The translations under genes and the position numbers were made by a program. The notes beneath the pieces were generated by a model, which did no database searches, was not told the DNA's origin, and worked only from the letters and a program-made list of their open reading frames with translations. From Amoebophrya sp. A120 (taxonomy: Eukaryota > Protista > Dinoflagellata): a stretch of 64,000 nucleotides of DNA. Within the stretch, counting starts at the first letter, position 1; each line of letters begins with the position of its first letter. Shown here one piece after another: positions 15,101 to 30,100 of this stretch. Location of the stretch: the NCBI GenBank assembly GCA_905178155.1, contig CAJINV010000002.1, forward strand, positions 1,671,216 to 1,735,215, written 5' to 3'.

Positions 15101-18100
15101 ATCACAAGCTCACGGTTTCCAGACCCAGACATTTTTGCATTTGATAAGGGGAAAATTGTTACCACCGCGTCGGTGAGTTTATACTCTTTTTTACCTTCCA
15201 CGCAGGTGTACTCCTGAGCATGGTCCCCTTCACACGGTTATCGCAAGAAAAAAGCGTTACACTTACACGTTGTATTGCAGGCCAAGCAAGACAGACAAGC
15301 TCTGTCATGCCGGATATGCTCCATAGGAGCCTCGTTTCATAGGTGTTTTCCCGTAGGATTTCAAGTTTTCTCCCTCATGCAGGGAAATTTGTGTTGCTGA
15401 ATTCACTTACAAATGTGTAACTGTAACACTTTTTTCGTGGCATAACGGTATGTCCATCCACAGGGGCGTGTTGCTAATCTGGAGCCCGTTGTAGATGACG
15501 TCGTGGAGGCACAAGCCATTGCTTATTGTGAGGAAAAATCCCCCCTCCCCATATTGAAAGCACACCTCTCTGACAATTTGCGATGCAGAGCTGTGAGCAC
15601 AAATCCGGTCTGTCATGCAACAAGGCAAAGGCAGAGAGTCCGCCGCGTTATGCGGGCGCATTGTAATGCGGTAAGGCCTACAGGGCAGACGTCTGCCATG
15701 CTTCAGGCGCCTACACTAAAAGGCCGCGGCCTGGGCTTGGGATCTGCGTGTAGTCCTGCTCTACCGCAAGACAAATTCGATCTGTGTACGCAAATGCCGC
15801 ATAATAGATTTCCATGTCAATACGTCGAGGGAGGATTTTTCATTTTGATATTACCCCCACCAAGCTCGATGGTCAGCTTGTCCAGTTGGTCGATCGTGAG
15901 TTGCGCGGTGGGCGAAGTTATGAAGTGCAAACATCCCTGGGCGTCTGGAAGATTGCAGCTTGTCAGGCTAAAGCTGAAGCATGCAAAAATCTGTGTTGCA
16001 TGAGTGCCAAAAGCTGTCCACTTTCGACTAAGTTGGGAGGGAGTTCCTCGTGCAGGATAGGCATGATAGGGAGCTCACAGAGCCTGTCATGCTAGGTCCC
16101 GCATTCCAGCCCTCATGGGTCATGGAAAACCCGCATTACAAGTTTGCCCTCTACTTCCCGAGCCAGACATATTTGCGGTTGATAGAAGTCATCCGGTAGG
16201 TAAAATACCCCTGTGTGGGTATCCTATGTAAAAACGTCCCCACCCCAGAGTTGTCATGCAGATTTGCATTGACGAGGACATTTGTGATGCGCATACCCAT
16301 GGTAGCCATTTCCAATCGTGTTTTGGAATTTGTGATGCTGTGAACAGGATAAGCATATGGATCTGTGATGCGGCTGCACTTGCTAACCTGCACTACACTA
16401 TGGAATGCAACTTGTCATGCGTGACGTCCAAGGCCCTTAGGTTTGTGTTGCAAAATCCCCATTTTGACTCTGGTGTGGGGACATTTTTCCTCACAATATT
16501 GGGCGGGTCGGTGACGGCGGGGTCCAGGTTGTTCTTGCTGGAAGAAGTAACCGATGCATTGCAAAAGTATCGTACTCGTATAGATGCATTACAAATTTCC
16601 TTAGCATGAGAAATAAAATTTGTAATGCGGATTTGACTTGACAAGAAAATTTGTAATGCATGATTGCAATACGAGTACGATACTTTTGCACAGGATATAA
16701 CCGTGTGCGTGAACTTGGTGCCGTCTTTATCAAAAGGAAAAATCCCCCCTCCCCATATCGAAAACGAAATTTGTGATGCTGTATTTGAGTACACAAGTCG
16801 ACTTGTAATGCTAGAAGGCCAAGAGACGCAGCTGTGGCCTCGTTTGCAGGCAATTTGTCATGCTGTTTCCCACTTTTAGTTGTTTTTTGTTATGTTGAAG
16901 ACGCAAAGGTTTATTCCCACGCCAACCAGCACTACAGTCCGCATCTTTTCCCTTCTAGCATGACAAAGCTGATTTGTGACCACAAATCTGCATCACAAAT
17001 TTCTAGTTCGAGTATGGGGTGGGGGGATTTTTCACTTTGATAGTCTTTGAAATCCAACGTGAGCGTGACGTCGTTGGGGGTCCCGGCGAACTGACTGATG
17101 GTGCTATGGATGTGTCAGGATCGAAATCGACAAAATCAAAAAATTTGTCATGCATAAAATGTTTAACACTGGAGGCCTGTATTGGGGAGCAGGCAAATGA
17201 GGCGGATTGTACTTAAGTGTGTTTAGGGGTATGCAACGTGCTGCCGGAGTAGCATGACAGAAGCAGTGTTCTTTGCCCAAACAGCATGACAGACTGGATC
17301 TGGGTGCTCCCGAAATTTGTCATGCGCCACTTACAAACTGATGCTCCAACTGGTATCGATTTTATGCATCACAAATTTTTCGATTTCGTCAAGTTCGATC
17401 CTGACACTTCCATAGGTGCACGTGGTAAGGTACAGAACGCCCTCTTTATTGTCCGGCAAGACCCGGCCGCTATCCAAGGAAAAAAGTGCTACAGTTACAC
17501 ATCTGTAGTGAATTCAGCATCACAAATTTGCCTCGCATGACGCCGAAATAACTCGTAATGCAGAGATCCTCATAAGGCAAAACGCACACGCAATGAGACA
17601 CGCATGCATTTTGCGCATGACGGAGGTCGTCTGTCTTGCTTGTTTTGCAACACAATGTGTACCTGCAACACTTTTTTTTCGTTGCATAGCTGCCCCCGTA
17701 GCACCAGTATCCGACGTAATATCCGTTGTCATAGTCCACGTCCGAGGGATTGCAGGGCACGTCGAAATACCAGGTATCCTGAGAAAAAAGTGTTACAGTT
17801 ACACACTCTGATGGAAGACAAGCAAGACAGACAACCTCTGTCATGCAGGAAATGCTTGCCAGTCTCATTTCATTCGTGTTTTCCCTTATAGTCTGCGCAT
17901 TACAAGTTTTCTTTGCCATGCAGAGCAACTTTGTGATGCTGAAATTCCAACAAATGTGTAACCGTAACACTTTTATTTTCCTGTGATACCAGGGCGCCCG
18001 GGTCCAGTATTTGTCATTCACGATAACATTATCAACTGCAAATATGTCTGGGTCTGGAAAGAACTTGTAATGCTGCGTTGGGAATAGTGAATGCTCTGTA

Positions 18101-21100
18101 ATGCACAGCCAAGCATGAGAAATATCTGCGCTTTTTTGTGTTGCGTTTTTCGCATGACAAACTGCGTTTTTGCATGACAGGCAAAAGGGTCTCTTCTTGG
18201 ACACGCATCACAAACTTTTTCCTCATGTCAGACAATCATGACAAATCTCGCAATCTTTCAGACCCAGACACTTTTGCATTTGATAAACATCCTGGATGCA
18301 GAGGCCGTTGCTGGAGCCAAAAGTGAACTCGATGTGGTCGATTTGCGCGACGTTAAACTCAAACGACCAGTTGTCGTCCGGGTCTACCAATTTGTCAACC
18401 GTCGTTATGAGAGTGCACAACTCCCCCTCGTTCTCATTTCTCATGCAAAATACCAAATCCAAGTGCTCCCCGCGTATCACTATTATGCATGACAGATTCC
18501 GGCGGAAGCCCAAACAGTACTACACTAGGGACATGAATTTGCCATGCACAGGCTCCATGTGTGCTGGTGCTTGTATTTTTGCTGTCCATGCAATACAAAT
18601 GAGGGGGAGGGGGGGTTGTGCACTCTCATAGTCGTCGCCGTCTCCGCGCCGTTGTTGATTCGCACCGTTAACGGCTGGGAGGTTCCGGCGTTGCCCTGTT
18701 GGGGACAGGCCTTAAGCACCATGGTGGACTTCCCTCGGGCGTCGTAGGGCGGGGCGAGGTTGAACATCCTTCCCCCGGTATGGTGAGCAAAAACGTCCCC
18801 ACCCCAGAGTGAAGATGACAAATCTGCTACACAAATAAACCAGCTTCGCCTGTTACGCATGACAAATTTGGGATCGCAGTGTAGTCGTGTTTTGCTAGTG
18901 AAGCAGCATCACAGATCTACCGTACCATTCGGATGTGAGCATCACAAACCGCAAAACACCAACAGAGTCAGAGACTGCTTCTCATGGGTGTCCGCATGAG
19001 AAACATTTTCAGCATGCAGATTCGCATGACAACTCTGGGGTGGGGACGTTTTTACTCAGGATACCCAGACGATTGTAGCGTGTCGTCCTGTCCGTCGTGA
19101 CTATTCAAGAAAAAAACACCATCACAATCACTATTGCACATCTTTGCAATACAAAAATTTTTGTCATGCGCAAAAATGCATCACAAACAAGAGTTATTGG
19201 CGATTTCCCTTTGTGTTTTTGCAATACAAGAAAAATTTGGCATGCGAGAGAAATTTCTGATGCAAAACCTCCTACATGTGATTGTGATGGTGTTTTTTTC
19301 TTGGATAGTGACACGGGTAGTTGTAATATCCATCCCCGCCCGGACAGGGATGCGGCCCGTCGAACCAGAAGGGCGCGCGGGTGAGGTACTGCAACCCGAG
19401 CCGCACGTACTTGATACACAGCCCATCGTTGTTCGTGAACATGCCCACGTGCAATTGCGTTCCGTCCGTCGGGAATTCGTGGACCCACACTGCGCCCTGC
19501 GCGTCGAGGACGTCCGCTGGGTAAGAGCCTTGTCGCTGCTTGGTATTCGGATCCCGGATGAACATGGTCGCGACACTCGGGGAGTTCCCACCGGAACATA
19601 CACGGAAAATAAGTTTTTTTGCGTTCGGCTTTTTCTTACAAACGAGTTGAAAACCCTCCTGCACGCAGGCCTTATCGTCTTGCACTTCCCCGTTCGCTTT
19701 GAACTGATGCGTGTTTACGCCGGTTCTCAGTGTCGGGATCCACGACATCGCCGACGCCGGCGGCGTCATGAAGGCGCCGCGGAGAAACGCGCACCCATTC
19801 GGCATCTGGCCCCAGGAGCCGTCCAGGCAAGTGCCTTGTTCCGCGGTACTGGTAACGTGCTTTTCGTACCAGGTGGTCCCGACAGAGCGACCCCGGATGT
19901 TTGCCAAATGGTTCAGCAGCATCTCGCATTCCGCTCGGTCCGTCACGATTTCAAACCCGGGCTGGCACAAAACCGCCCCCGGGTGCCCAACCGCGACATT
20001 CGCAATCGGATCGTGTTTCTGGCAGACGAGCTCGTAATCGCTCCGCACGCACGGGTCCTTTGGCAGCCGGGCGGTAATTTCCGGGTTGCCATGACCACGG
20101 TAGGACAATTTATTCGGGCTGTTTATCCTAAGCAAAAACGTCCCCACCCCAGAGTCAAGATGGGGATTTTGCAACACAAACCTCGGAGTTTTGGGAGTCA
20201 TGCATGACAAGTTGCAGTCCGTAAGTTAGTGCAAGTTAGCAAGGAAAGCCGCATCACAAATCGATCTGCTAATCCTGTTTACAGCATTACAAGTTCTTCC
20301 CGAACACGATTGAAAATGCCTCTCATGGGGATGCGCATCACAAATGTTTCTGTCATGGCAAATCTGGGGTGTTTATGTTCTGGAAGAGACCAAAATAAAG
20401 CACAGAGAAACTTCAAATTTTCAGGAAAGGAGTGTGGAGAACCAACTACGACGAGAAGAGAAAAGCATGCATGGTATTCTATGTGGCCACTGTTAATATG
20501 TAGTACTGTATTTATTGCTATGCGCGTGCTTGTAGGGGCTGGGGACTTCTGCCCTCGGGGTCCCGCAGGCTCTGGTTGGGTCGCTGTTCTGACCTAGAAC
20601 ATAGGCAACCCGGAGCCTGTGGGTGCTCGCGTAAGTAGAATCAAGGTCATGCGAATGACAACTCTGGGGTGGGGATGTTTTTGCACAGGATACTGTTAAA
20701 TTGGTGGTCGTTGTACCCGGTGCGGTAGAAGAGGTTGACCCAGTATGGATTGCAAATATGTCTGGATCTCGAAGATTGCAACTTGTCATGCTAAATCCGA
20801 ATCATGAAAAAAATCTGTGTTGCATGAGTGCTAACAGCTGCCCACTTATTTCCACCAAATTGGGGATAGTTTCTCATGCAGGATAGACATGACAAAGACC
20901 TCACAGTAGAGTCTGTCGTGCTAGGTCCCGCACTCCAGACCTCACGCGTCATGGAAAACCAGCATGACAAGTTTACACTCTTTGAGACCTCCAGGGATAT
21001 TTGCAGTTGATACCCAGTTTGTCACCCCCCCGGTCGTTTGCAGCTCCACTGTGCAGCCGTTTGGAATCCCCCCGAAGCTGGTCGAGCTGCACTGCGCGTT

Positions 21101-24100
21101 ATCCGCCCCGGTACTCGCTAAAGCGTCGTAGGAGCCGGCGACTTGCATGAAGCTGAAACTTAGACCTTTTTCTTGGGCCACCGCGTTTATGCATTGCAAA
21201 TATGTCTGGGTCTGGAAGAGTGTAACTTGTCATGCTGCATCTGGATCGTGAAAAAACTTGTGTTGCATGATTGCCAAAAGTTGTCCACTTTTGAACAAGT
21301 TTAGAGGCAATTTCTGATGCAGGAAAGGCATGATAGAGATCTCGCAGAATCTGTCATGCTAGGCCGTGCATGCCAGACTGTGCGGGTCATGGAAAATCTG
21401 CATGACGAACCCAGCAATCTTCCAGACCCAGACATTTTTGTATTTGATAGCATTCGCGGCCGCGACGCAGTCTGGGAGTAAAACCGGTCTTCCGGTCTCG
21501 CAAATCGCTTTTCCGGCTCCGTTATCAAATGCAAAAGTGTCTGGGTCTGGAAGGTTGGAACTTGTGATGCTAATGTCGGACTCTAAAAAACTCTGTATTG
21601 CATGACCAGCAAGAGCGGTCTAGTTTGTGCTACGCGGGGAGGGCGTTTGTTATGCGGAGGAGGCATCAGGAAGCCATCTAAAAATCTGTGATGCTAGGGC
21701 GTGCATTACAGACGTCCTGGGTCATGCAAAACATGCACGACAAGTCTCAGAATCTTCCAGACCCAGACATTTTTACATTTGATACCCGTACATTTCGTAC
21801 TGGGGGCTGGGAGTCGTGGTGACGGGGGGCGTGGTGGGCGGCGGCGTGGTTTCGGTTGTGGTAAACGTACTCGTCGTGGTCGTCGTGGTGGTTGTGTACC
21901 AGTGGCACCGTATGGAAGCGTCAGGTTTGAAATCGACAAAGTTGAAATGATTTGATGTCATGCATAAAGTGGCTACCAGTTGGTAGCCCAATTTCCAAGC
22001 GGCACATGATAAATTTTCCGAGCACCGGAATCCAATTTGTCGCGCTGTTTGGGCACAGAAGACTGCTTTTGTCGTGCTCCTTTAGAAGCTCTATCCCAAA
22101 CCCTAAATAGGCTCACAATCTGCCTCACTTGCCATCCCGGCAAGACAGGCACTTCATGCCTTGCATTTTATGCGTGACAAATCATTTCAACTTTGACGAT
22201 TTCAAACCTGACGCTTCCATACAGCGAAAGACGTTCGTGTCCACTGCGTCCACGATTTCCCACTGCTCCCATATCGCAAGAAAAAAACTGTGTAAGTGTA
22301 ACTTTGTAATGCAGAACATGCAACAGAGTTACACCTGTCATGCCAGACAGCCATGAAGCTCTCTTTTCAGGTGTGTTTTCCCCTACAAACCACGCATGAC
22401 AGGTTTTCTCTGTCATGTAGAGCAAATTTGTGATGCTGTCAGCCAAAGGTAGTTACACTAACACAGTTTTTTTCTTGGATATCCCAGTCGGCGCAGTTGT
22501 TGCTCAGCCCGTCTCTTTTGTTCTGGTCCACCTCGTTCTGGTCCTATCCAAGAAAAAAACGTTGTTAGTGTAAATTTGTGATGCGCAACATGCAAGATGA
22601 TTGCGTCTGTCATGCTTGGCATGCGTCCTAGGGTCCATCAAAGGGCGTTTTCACGTAGTGTCTGCGCATGACAGGTTTTTGCTGTCATGCCAGACAAATT
22701 ACTATTTAAACTGCAGCAAACCAGAACTTTTGAAGCTTTTGGGTGTGTTCTGGGGTATGCAAAGTGGGTCCGTAGCATCGTGATTTGTAATTTGCAGGCC
22801 ACACCCCGAACGCACCCCGGACACACCCCAGACACACCCCAGACAGACCCCCGACACACCCCCCCGACAAGAACTGCTGAAGCTTTGGGGTATGTTCTGG
22901 GGTATGCAAAGTGGCTGCGTAGCATCGTGATTTGCAATTTGCAACACACACCCCGAACACACCCCAGACACACCCCAGACACACCCCNNNNNNNNNNNNN
23001 NNNNNNNNNNNNNNNNNNNNNNNNNNNNNNNNNNNNNNNNNNNNNNNNNNNNNNNNNNNNNNNNNNNNNNNNNNNNNNNNNNNNNNNNNNNNNNNNNNNN
23101 NNNNNNNNNNNNNNNNNNNNNNNNNNNNNNNNNNNNNNNNNNNNNNNNNNNNNNNNNNNNNNNNNNNNNNNNNNNNNNNNNNNNNNNNNNNNNNNNNNNN
23201 NNNNNNNNNNNNNNNNNNNNNNNNNNNNNNNNNNNNNNNNNNNNNNNNNNNNNNNNNNNNNNNNNNNNNNNNNNNNNNNNNNNNNNNNNNNNNNNNNNNN
23301 NNNNNNNNNNNNNNNNNNNNNNNNNNNNNNNNNNNNNNNNNNNNNNNNNNNNNNNNNNNNNNNNNNNNNNNNNNNNNNNNNNNNNNNNNNNNNNNNNNNN
23401 NNNNNNNNNNNNNNNNNNNNNNNNNNNNNNNNNNNNNNNNNNNNNNNNNNNNNNNNNNNNNNNNNNNNNNNNNNNNNNNNNNNNNNNNNNNNNNNNNNNN
23501 NNNNNNNNNNNNNNNNNNNNNNNNNNNNNNNNNNNNNNNNNNNNNNNNNNNNNNNNNNNNNNNNNNNNNNNNNNNNNNNNNNNNNNNNNNNNNNNNNNNN
23601 NNNNNNNNNNNNNNNNNNNNNNNNNNNNNNNNNNNNNNNNNNNNNNNNNNNNNNNNNNNNNNNNNNNNNNNNNNNNNNNNNNNNNNNNNNNNNNNNNNNN
23701 NNNNNNNNNNNNNNNNNNNNNNNNNNNNNNNNNNNNNNNNNNNNNNNNNNNNNNNNNNNNNNNNNNNNNNNNNNNNNNNNNNNNNNNNNNNNNNNNNNNN
23801 NNNNNNNNNNNNNNNNNNNNNNNNNNNNNNNNNNNNNNNNNNNNNNNNNNNNNNNNNNNNNNNNNNNNNNNNNNNNNNNNNNNNNNNNNNNNNNNNNNNN
23901 NNNNNNNNNNNNNNNCCCCGCGTCATGACCTAGGGGCCAGCTACAGACGCGGCGCCGGTGCTATCGGCACCCGGCCCGGCGCCAGCTTCTTCCTTTCTTT
24001 TCTCTTTGTTTCACTGTTCGCGGTGGGCCAGCGGATCTAGTGTGGGCAAGCTGAGGAGCTCCGTCCGTAGGTCTGTCGCGGATCAGGGAGCGCAGGACAC

Positions 24101-27100
24101 ACAGAGGCACCGAGCTGCAGGGGCCTGCCCGCCCTGTGCCAGCCACCACAACCCCCGAACTCGTCCCAGACAAATGCCGGAAGGTCGCCGCACGGGGACT
24201 CTGTCCCCGTGCTCGGACCTTGTTTGTAATGCTGTTCCTCCAAAAAAGTTACACCTACAACGTTTTTTTCTTGGATAGGTCCTCCCGCAGATTCATTCCG
24301 TGTTCGAGCGACATGATACAGGTTTTGTTGCTATCGGTGCTAATACTCGCGACCTGATACCGCTCCCAAGTGTTCCACGAGGCGATGCTGTTTCCGCCCG
24401 AAGCGCGCACGACGTTGGCGCCCGCGTCCGCGGAGAGGTAATAGCCGTGTATGCATAGCAAATATGTCTGTGTCGGGAAAGTTGTGATACTAATGTCCGA
24501 ACGATACGCAACCTGAATTACGGGGCCGCGCATGACAAGTTTCTGAGCGGCTAAGTCTAGCGCTTTAACCGCATGAAAAATCGCCTTTTTGCATGACAAA
24601 CACGTGGCGCTGTAGCACAACAAACATGACAGACTTTTCTGTCTTGTTGGCCAAGCATGACAAACTTGCACTTTATTTCCAGACCCAAATATCGGATATT
24701 TGCAGTGGATACCGTACGGCGCGGAGCGAAAACACACGTGGTCGAAGCCGCAGTTGGTCAGGTACCACACGTATGCATTTCAAAAATATGTCTGGAGGGT
24801 CTGGAAGATTTCCAGGTTTGTCAGGCATATTTCGCATGACCCATGCTGCCTGTAATGCATGACCTAGCGTCACAAATTTTTGGAGAGCTTCCAGTGGCCT
24901 ATTCCGCATGGGAGATGCCCCTCTCTCCGCGTAACACAAACTGCGCGCCTCTTGCTGGTCATGCAATAGAGATTCTTTCAGAATCCAAGGACAGCATCAC
25001 AAGTTCCAACCTTCCAGACCAAGACATATTCCCAGTGGATAACACGCCGGCATTCTGGTTGATGTCGCTGTGGCCGTCCGGTGTGCTCGGGAGGTAAATC
25101 TGCTGGTCCGTTCCCGTACTCGACCCCCCGGGGGACATGTGGATGAACCGACCGCTCAAAATGTGCCGGATCTTTATGCAGTGCAAAAGGATCGCACTCG
25201 TATAAATGCATTACAAATTTCCTCAGCATGAGAAATAAAATTTGTAATGCAGATTTGCCTTGGGAACAAGATTTGTAATGCAAGATTTGCATTTATACGA
25301 GTGCGATACTTTTGCACAGGATAATCTTGACCTTGTGCCCGATGTCGCAGTAGTACCCGGTAAACACCTATGGATTGTAAAAATGACTGGGTCTGGAAGG
25401 ACGCGAACTTGTCATGCTAAGTCTGAATAGAACATAGATTTGTGTTGCATGATTGCCAAAAGGTGTCCACTTTTGAACAAGTTTAGAGGCAGTTTGTCAT
25501 GCAGGATAGACATGATAGAGACTTCGAAGAACCTGTCGTGCTAGGTCCTGCATTGCAGACCTCATGGGGCATGGAAAATATGCATGACAAACCTTGCATC
25601 CGTCCAGACCCAGACACTTTGCATTTGATAACACCCGGCTTGGCCGCTTCGGTTCGTGGCACGCCATGTTGCCCCACATGTCCACCGTGCGCATGCGTAT
25701 CAAAGGGAAAAATCCCCCCTCCCCATACCGAAAACGAAATTTCTGATGCTGTATTTGAGTGCACAAATCAACTTGTATTGCTAGAAGGCCAAGAGCCGCA
25801 GTCGTGGCCTTTTTTGCAGGCAATTTGTCATGCTGTTTCCCACTTGTCTAGTTGCCTCCTGTGCTGAAGATGCAAGGCCTACCCACGCCGCCCAGCACTA
25901 CAGTCCGTATCCTTTCCCTTCCAGCAAGACAAACCTGATTGGTGAACACAAATCTGCATCACAGATTTCCGTTTCAATATTGGGAGGGGGGATTTTTCTT
26001 CTTGATAATGCGTTCATGCTCCCCCTCGGAGCCATACTTGATGTCGCCGTCTTCGCTGCCATCCTGTTTCATTTGCCGCATTTGGATGCCCTGGTTCGCC
26101 CAGGCGGCGGACTCGTAGAACTCAAAGGCCCGCTTGATGCGGTTGTCCCAAATTCCTTCCCGGTTGAGCACATTCCACCTCTCGCCGGCCTCAGCGTGGG
26201 GCTGCGTCCCCACGCTGTCTTGTTGCGTGCCCCAGAGAAAACGCTGGTGCGCCGGGCTGTAGACGTAGTATTGGTTGGGCCCGGTGGCGACATTCCCGCT
26301 GGTCCCCTCCTGTCGGAGGTAAAAACACTCCCATATCCCACGGAAAAAGAGAGGCAGGTCAGATTTGTAATGCAAAATAAAATAAATTAATACACAAAAA
26401 AATCTACTGTATTGCATACGCATACCCGAAGCAGCATGCTATGGGGCCACTCATGAAAATTTTTTTTTGGTCTTTTTATTTTTGCATTACAAACATGCCC
26501 TGCCAGCTTTTTTCTGTGGGATATCCCAGCCCCCGAGCAGGCAGGTGAGCGGGTCGCAGTCGTTGGTCGTGCGCGAGGTCACGTCCCCAGTGGACGTCAC
26601 TTGGACCCTATCAAATGCAAACATGTCTGGGTCTGGAAGAGCGTACACTTGTCATGCAGGTTTTCCATGACCCATGAGGTCTGGAATGCGGGACCTAGCA
26701 TGACAGACTCTACTGTGAGGTCTTTGTCATGTCTATCCTGCATGAGAAACTCCCTCCCAACTTGGTTGACAGTGGACAGCTTTCGGCACTCATGCAACAC
26801 AGATTTTTGCATGATTCGGATTTAGCATGACAAGTTCCAACCTTCCAGACCCAGACATATTTGCACTTGATAAACCCAGCGGTTGAACCACGTTCGAATG
26901 TACACGCACACGTTCAGTGGGCAGTTGGTGACTTGGTTCGTGCTATCGAATGCAAAAGTGTCTGGCTCTGGAATGTTGCCGGGTTCTTTGTCATGCATAT
27001 TTTGCTTGACCCAGGATGTCTGTAATGCACGACCTAGCATCACAGATTTTTCAAGGGCTTCCTGATGCCTACTCCGCATGACTAATGCCCTCCCCGCGTT

Positions 27101-30100
27101 GTAGCACAAACTAGACTGCTCTGTCTTGCTGGTCATGCAATATAAATTTTTTTAGAGTCCAAAGTTAGCATCACAAGTTCCAACCTTCCAGACCCAGACA
27201 CTTTTGCACTTGATACGTGCTCGGGTTCACGTAATGTTCGTGCTCCAACCCGGTTTCCGGTGCCCCTTGCTGCCCGTTATTGGTGGGCCCGTTGGCATAC
27301 GTCAGCGACCGGGTACTAGAAGTGCCGGGAGACGTTGCTTGGGCAGCTGTTGAAGAAGTCGTGAACAGACGACGCTCCTCAACCGCTTCACCGGCGAGGT
27401 TCGTCGCTGGGGTTGTGGGAAGAAGTGCCATGTGTTGATTCCTCGTGCCAGAAAACAAAGTAGTAGTTGCACCCTGTACTATCTCCAGTGCAGGACTACC
27501 ACTCGCGGAGGTAGAAGTACTTCTACTGCTACTACTACTCATAATAGCCTGGCTGAGCAGCATATCCTGAGAAAAAAGTGTTACAGTTACACATTTGTTG
27601 GAGTTTCTGCATCACAAAGTTGCTGGATATGGCAAAGAAAACTTGTGATGCGCAGACTACAAGGGAAAACACGAATCAAATGAGGCTGGCAAGCATTTCC
27701 TGCATGACAAAGGTTGCCTATCTAGCTTGTTTCGCAACACCATGTGTAATTGTAACACTTTTTTCTTCGCATACAGCATACGGTCTACGTTTTCTTCCCG
27801 CGGAACGAAGTCGTCGGGCTGGACCAACTATGGATTGCAAACATGTCTGGGTCTGGAAGGATGCAACTTGTGATGCAGCTACCTTTGGACTCTACATAAA
27901 ATCTGTATTGCATGAACAGCAAATAAAGAGGCGTCATTTGTAGTGCTACGCGGAGAGGGCATTTGTTTCTCATGCGGTATGAGCATCAGAAAGCATTCGC
28001 AAAATCTCTGATGCAGCTAGGGCCTGCTTTACAGACCTCATGGGTCATGCAAAATCTGCAAGGCAAACCCCTGCATTCTTCCAGACCCAGACATTTTTGC
28101 ATTTGATACCAACTGCCGGATCGCGATCCCGGTCGTCACCCCGGCGTCGAGACACACGGCCTGCAGTTCCTTCGCAGCCCCCGGCCCGCCGCACATGAAG
28201 GCGTGCCCCGGGTTGTTCTCGTCGTAACCCGGATGGGCAGCTAGGAAGGCGTTGTTGAGCGAGCGGCAACCGCCCCCGATGACGACCGTGCCGCTGGGGC
28301 AGGCAACGGACCCCCAATCCAGTCCACCGTAGTAATACACCAACTGCACAACGCCCTGGAACTTCTGTCGCGTGCACGTCGAGTAGATGGTCTTTCCCTG
28401 CCCATTGCCGCCGGCCTCCCAGGACCAGGCGCCGTTGTGATAGCCGCCGCCTGTGCTGCACATGTTCGCGATGTTCCCGCAGTAGACGCGGCTGGCCCCG
28501 TGGAAGTAGGGGGCGCCCCCGCCGGCTTGGACGCCGCCGCCGATCAATATTGGGTAATCCGAGGAGGCGCAGGCGCGCCTTATCAAAGTGAAAGATCCCC
28601 CCTCACCATATCGAAGACGAAACTTGTGATGCTGATTTGTGGTCACAAATCTTCTTTGTCTTGCGTATAGGGTCACAGGAGCCATGTGACGCATTCCAGG
28701 GCAAGCCTGTCATGCGCTTTCGCCTACTGCAAACCTGTTTGCCATGCGCAATTGCGAACCCTCTGCATACCCAAACAGGCCCAGAAAATGCCGCCAAGCA
28801 CTTTCTGCAAGACAGATCTGATTTGTGTACGCAAATCCAGCATCAGAAACTTCGTTTCGATATGGGGAGGGGGGATTTTTCGTCTCAATACGCGTGCCCC
28901 AATCCCCATAGCCGCCGGAAGTCACGGACGTTTCGATGTTTGAGGAGCAAATGGCATAGGCTCTGACGTCGCCGTAATAGGTTCTCTGCACCGTCTATGC
29001 AACAAAAAAACTGTGTAAATGTAAGTCTGTGATGCAGAAAATGCAAAATAGTTACACTTGTCATGCTGGACATGCATCAGAAGCTCTTTTCGTACGTGTT
29101 TTCACGTACTAGGCGCGCATGACAGGCTCTCTCTGTCATGCAGAGCAAACTTGTGATGCTATTCCTCCAAGAAAGTTACACTAACACAGTTTTTTTCTTG
29201 GATACCGCCTGGGGCACATAAATGGGGATGAAGAGCCATTTGGCCCACACCATTTCGATCTCGGTCACGGTCTTGTGTGCGGCGCTGCACCGCCACCCCC
29301 AATGATTGTTGTACAAATACGGATGGGAGTCTGACACTTTCGCGAGCGAGGCGTCGCTCGAGGAGGCTCTGCAGCCGCCGCCCAGCATATCATATATAAA
29401 AACGTCCCCCCTCCATAGTCAAGTTGGGAACGTAGCAACACAAATGCAGAAGCTTTGGGAGCCACGCATGACAAGTTGCAGTCCGCAGTGTAGTGCATGT
29501 TAGCAAGGACACCCGCACCACAAATCCATCTGCTTGCCCTGTTTGCAGCATTACAAATGCCAAAACACGATTGGAAATGCCTGGCATGGGGAAGCGCATT
29601 ACGAGTGTTCGTGTCATTGCAAATCTGCATGACAACTCCGGGGTGGGGACGTTTTTACACAGGATACAGCACGAAGTCCCCGTAGTTGCAGTAGACCGCG
29701 TGCTATCAAATGCAAATATGTCTGGGTCTGGAGACATGCAAACTTCTGATGCGCATTTCAGATCACACGAAAATCTGTCATGCATAAACAGCAAAAGCAT
29801 CCCGTTTCTTGTCACCGAAAGCGGAAATTTGTCATGCGGATTAAGCATTGGCAGGCCTTGTAAAAACCTGTGATGCTAGGGCTTGCATGCCAGACCTTGA
29901 GGGTCAAGCAGAGACAGCATGACAAACAGCTGTGCTCATCCAGACCCAGACATATTTGCACTTGATACGTGCTGGTGGTGGCTGTAACCGGAAACCGTTT
30001 CGTACACATTGTACACCTATGCATCGCAAATTTGTCTGGGTCTGGAACTTGTCATGCTACTAAATCAGAATCATGTAAAAATCTGTGTTGCATGCTTACC

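Noticed and set aside
22687-23933. Long ORFs across the first N gap
   Set aside because: Artefacts of undetermined bases.
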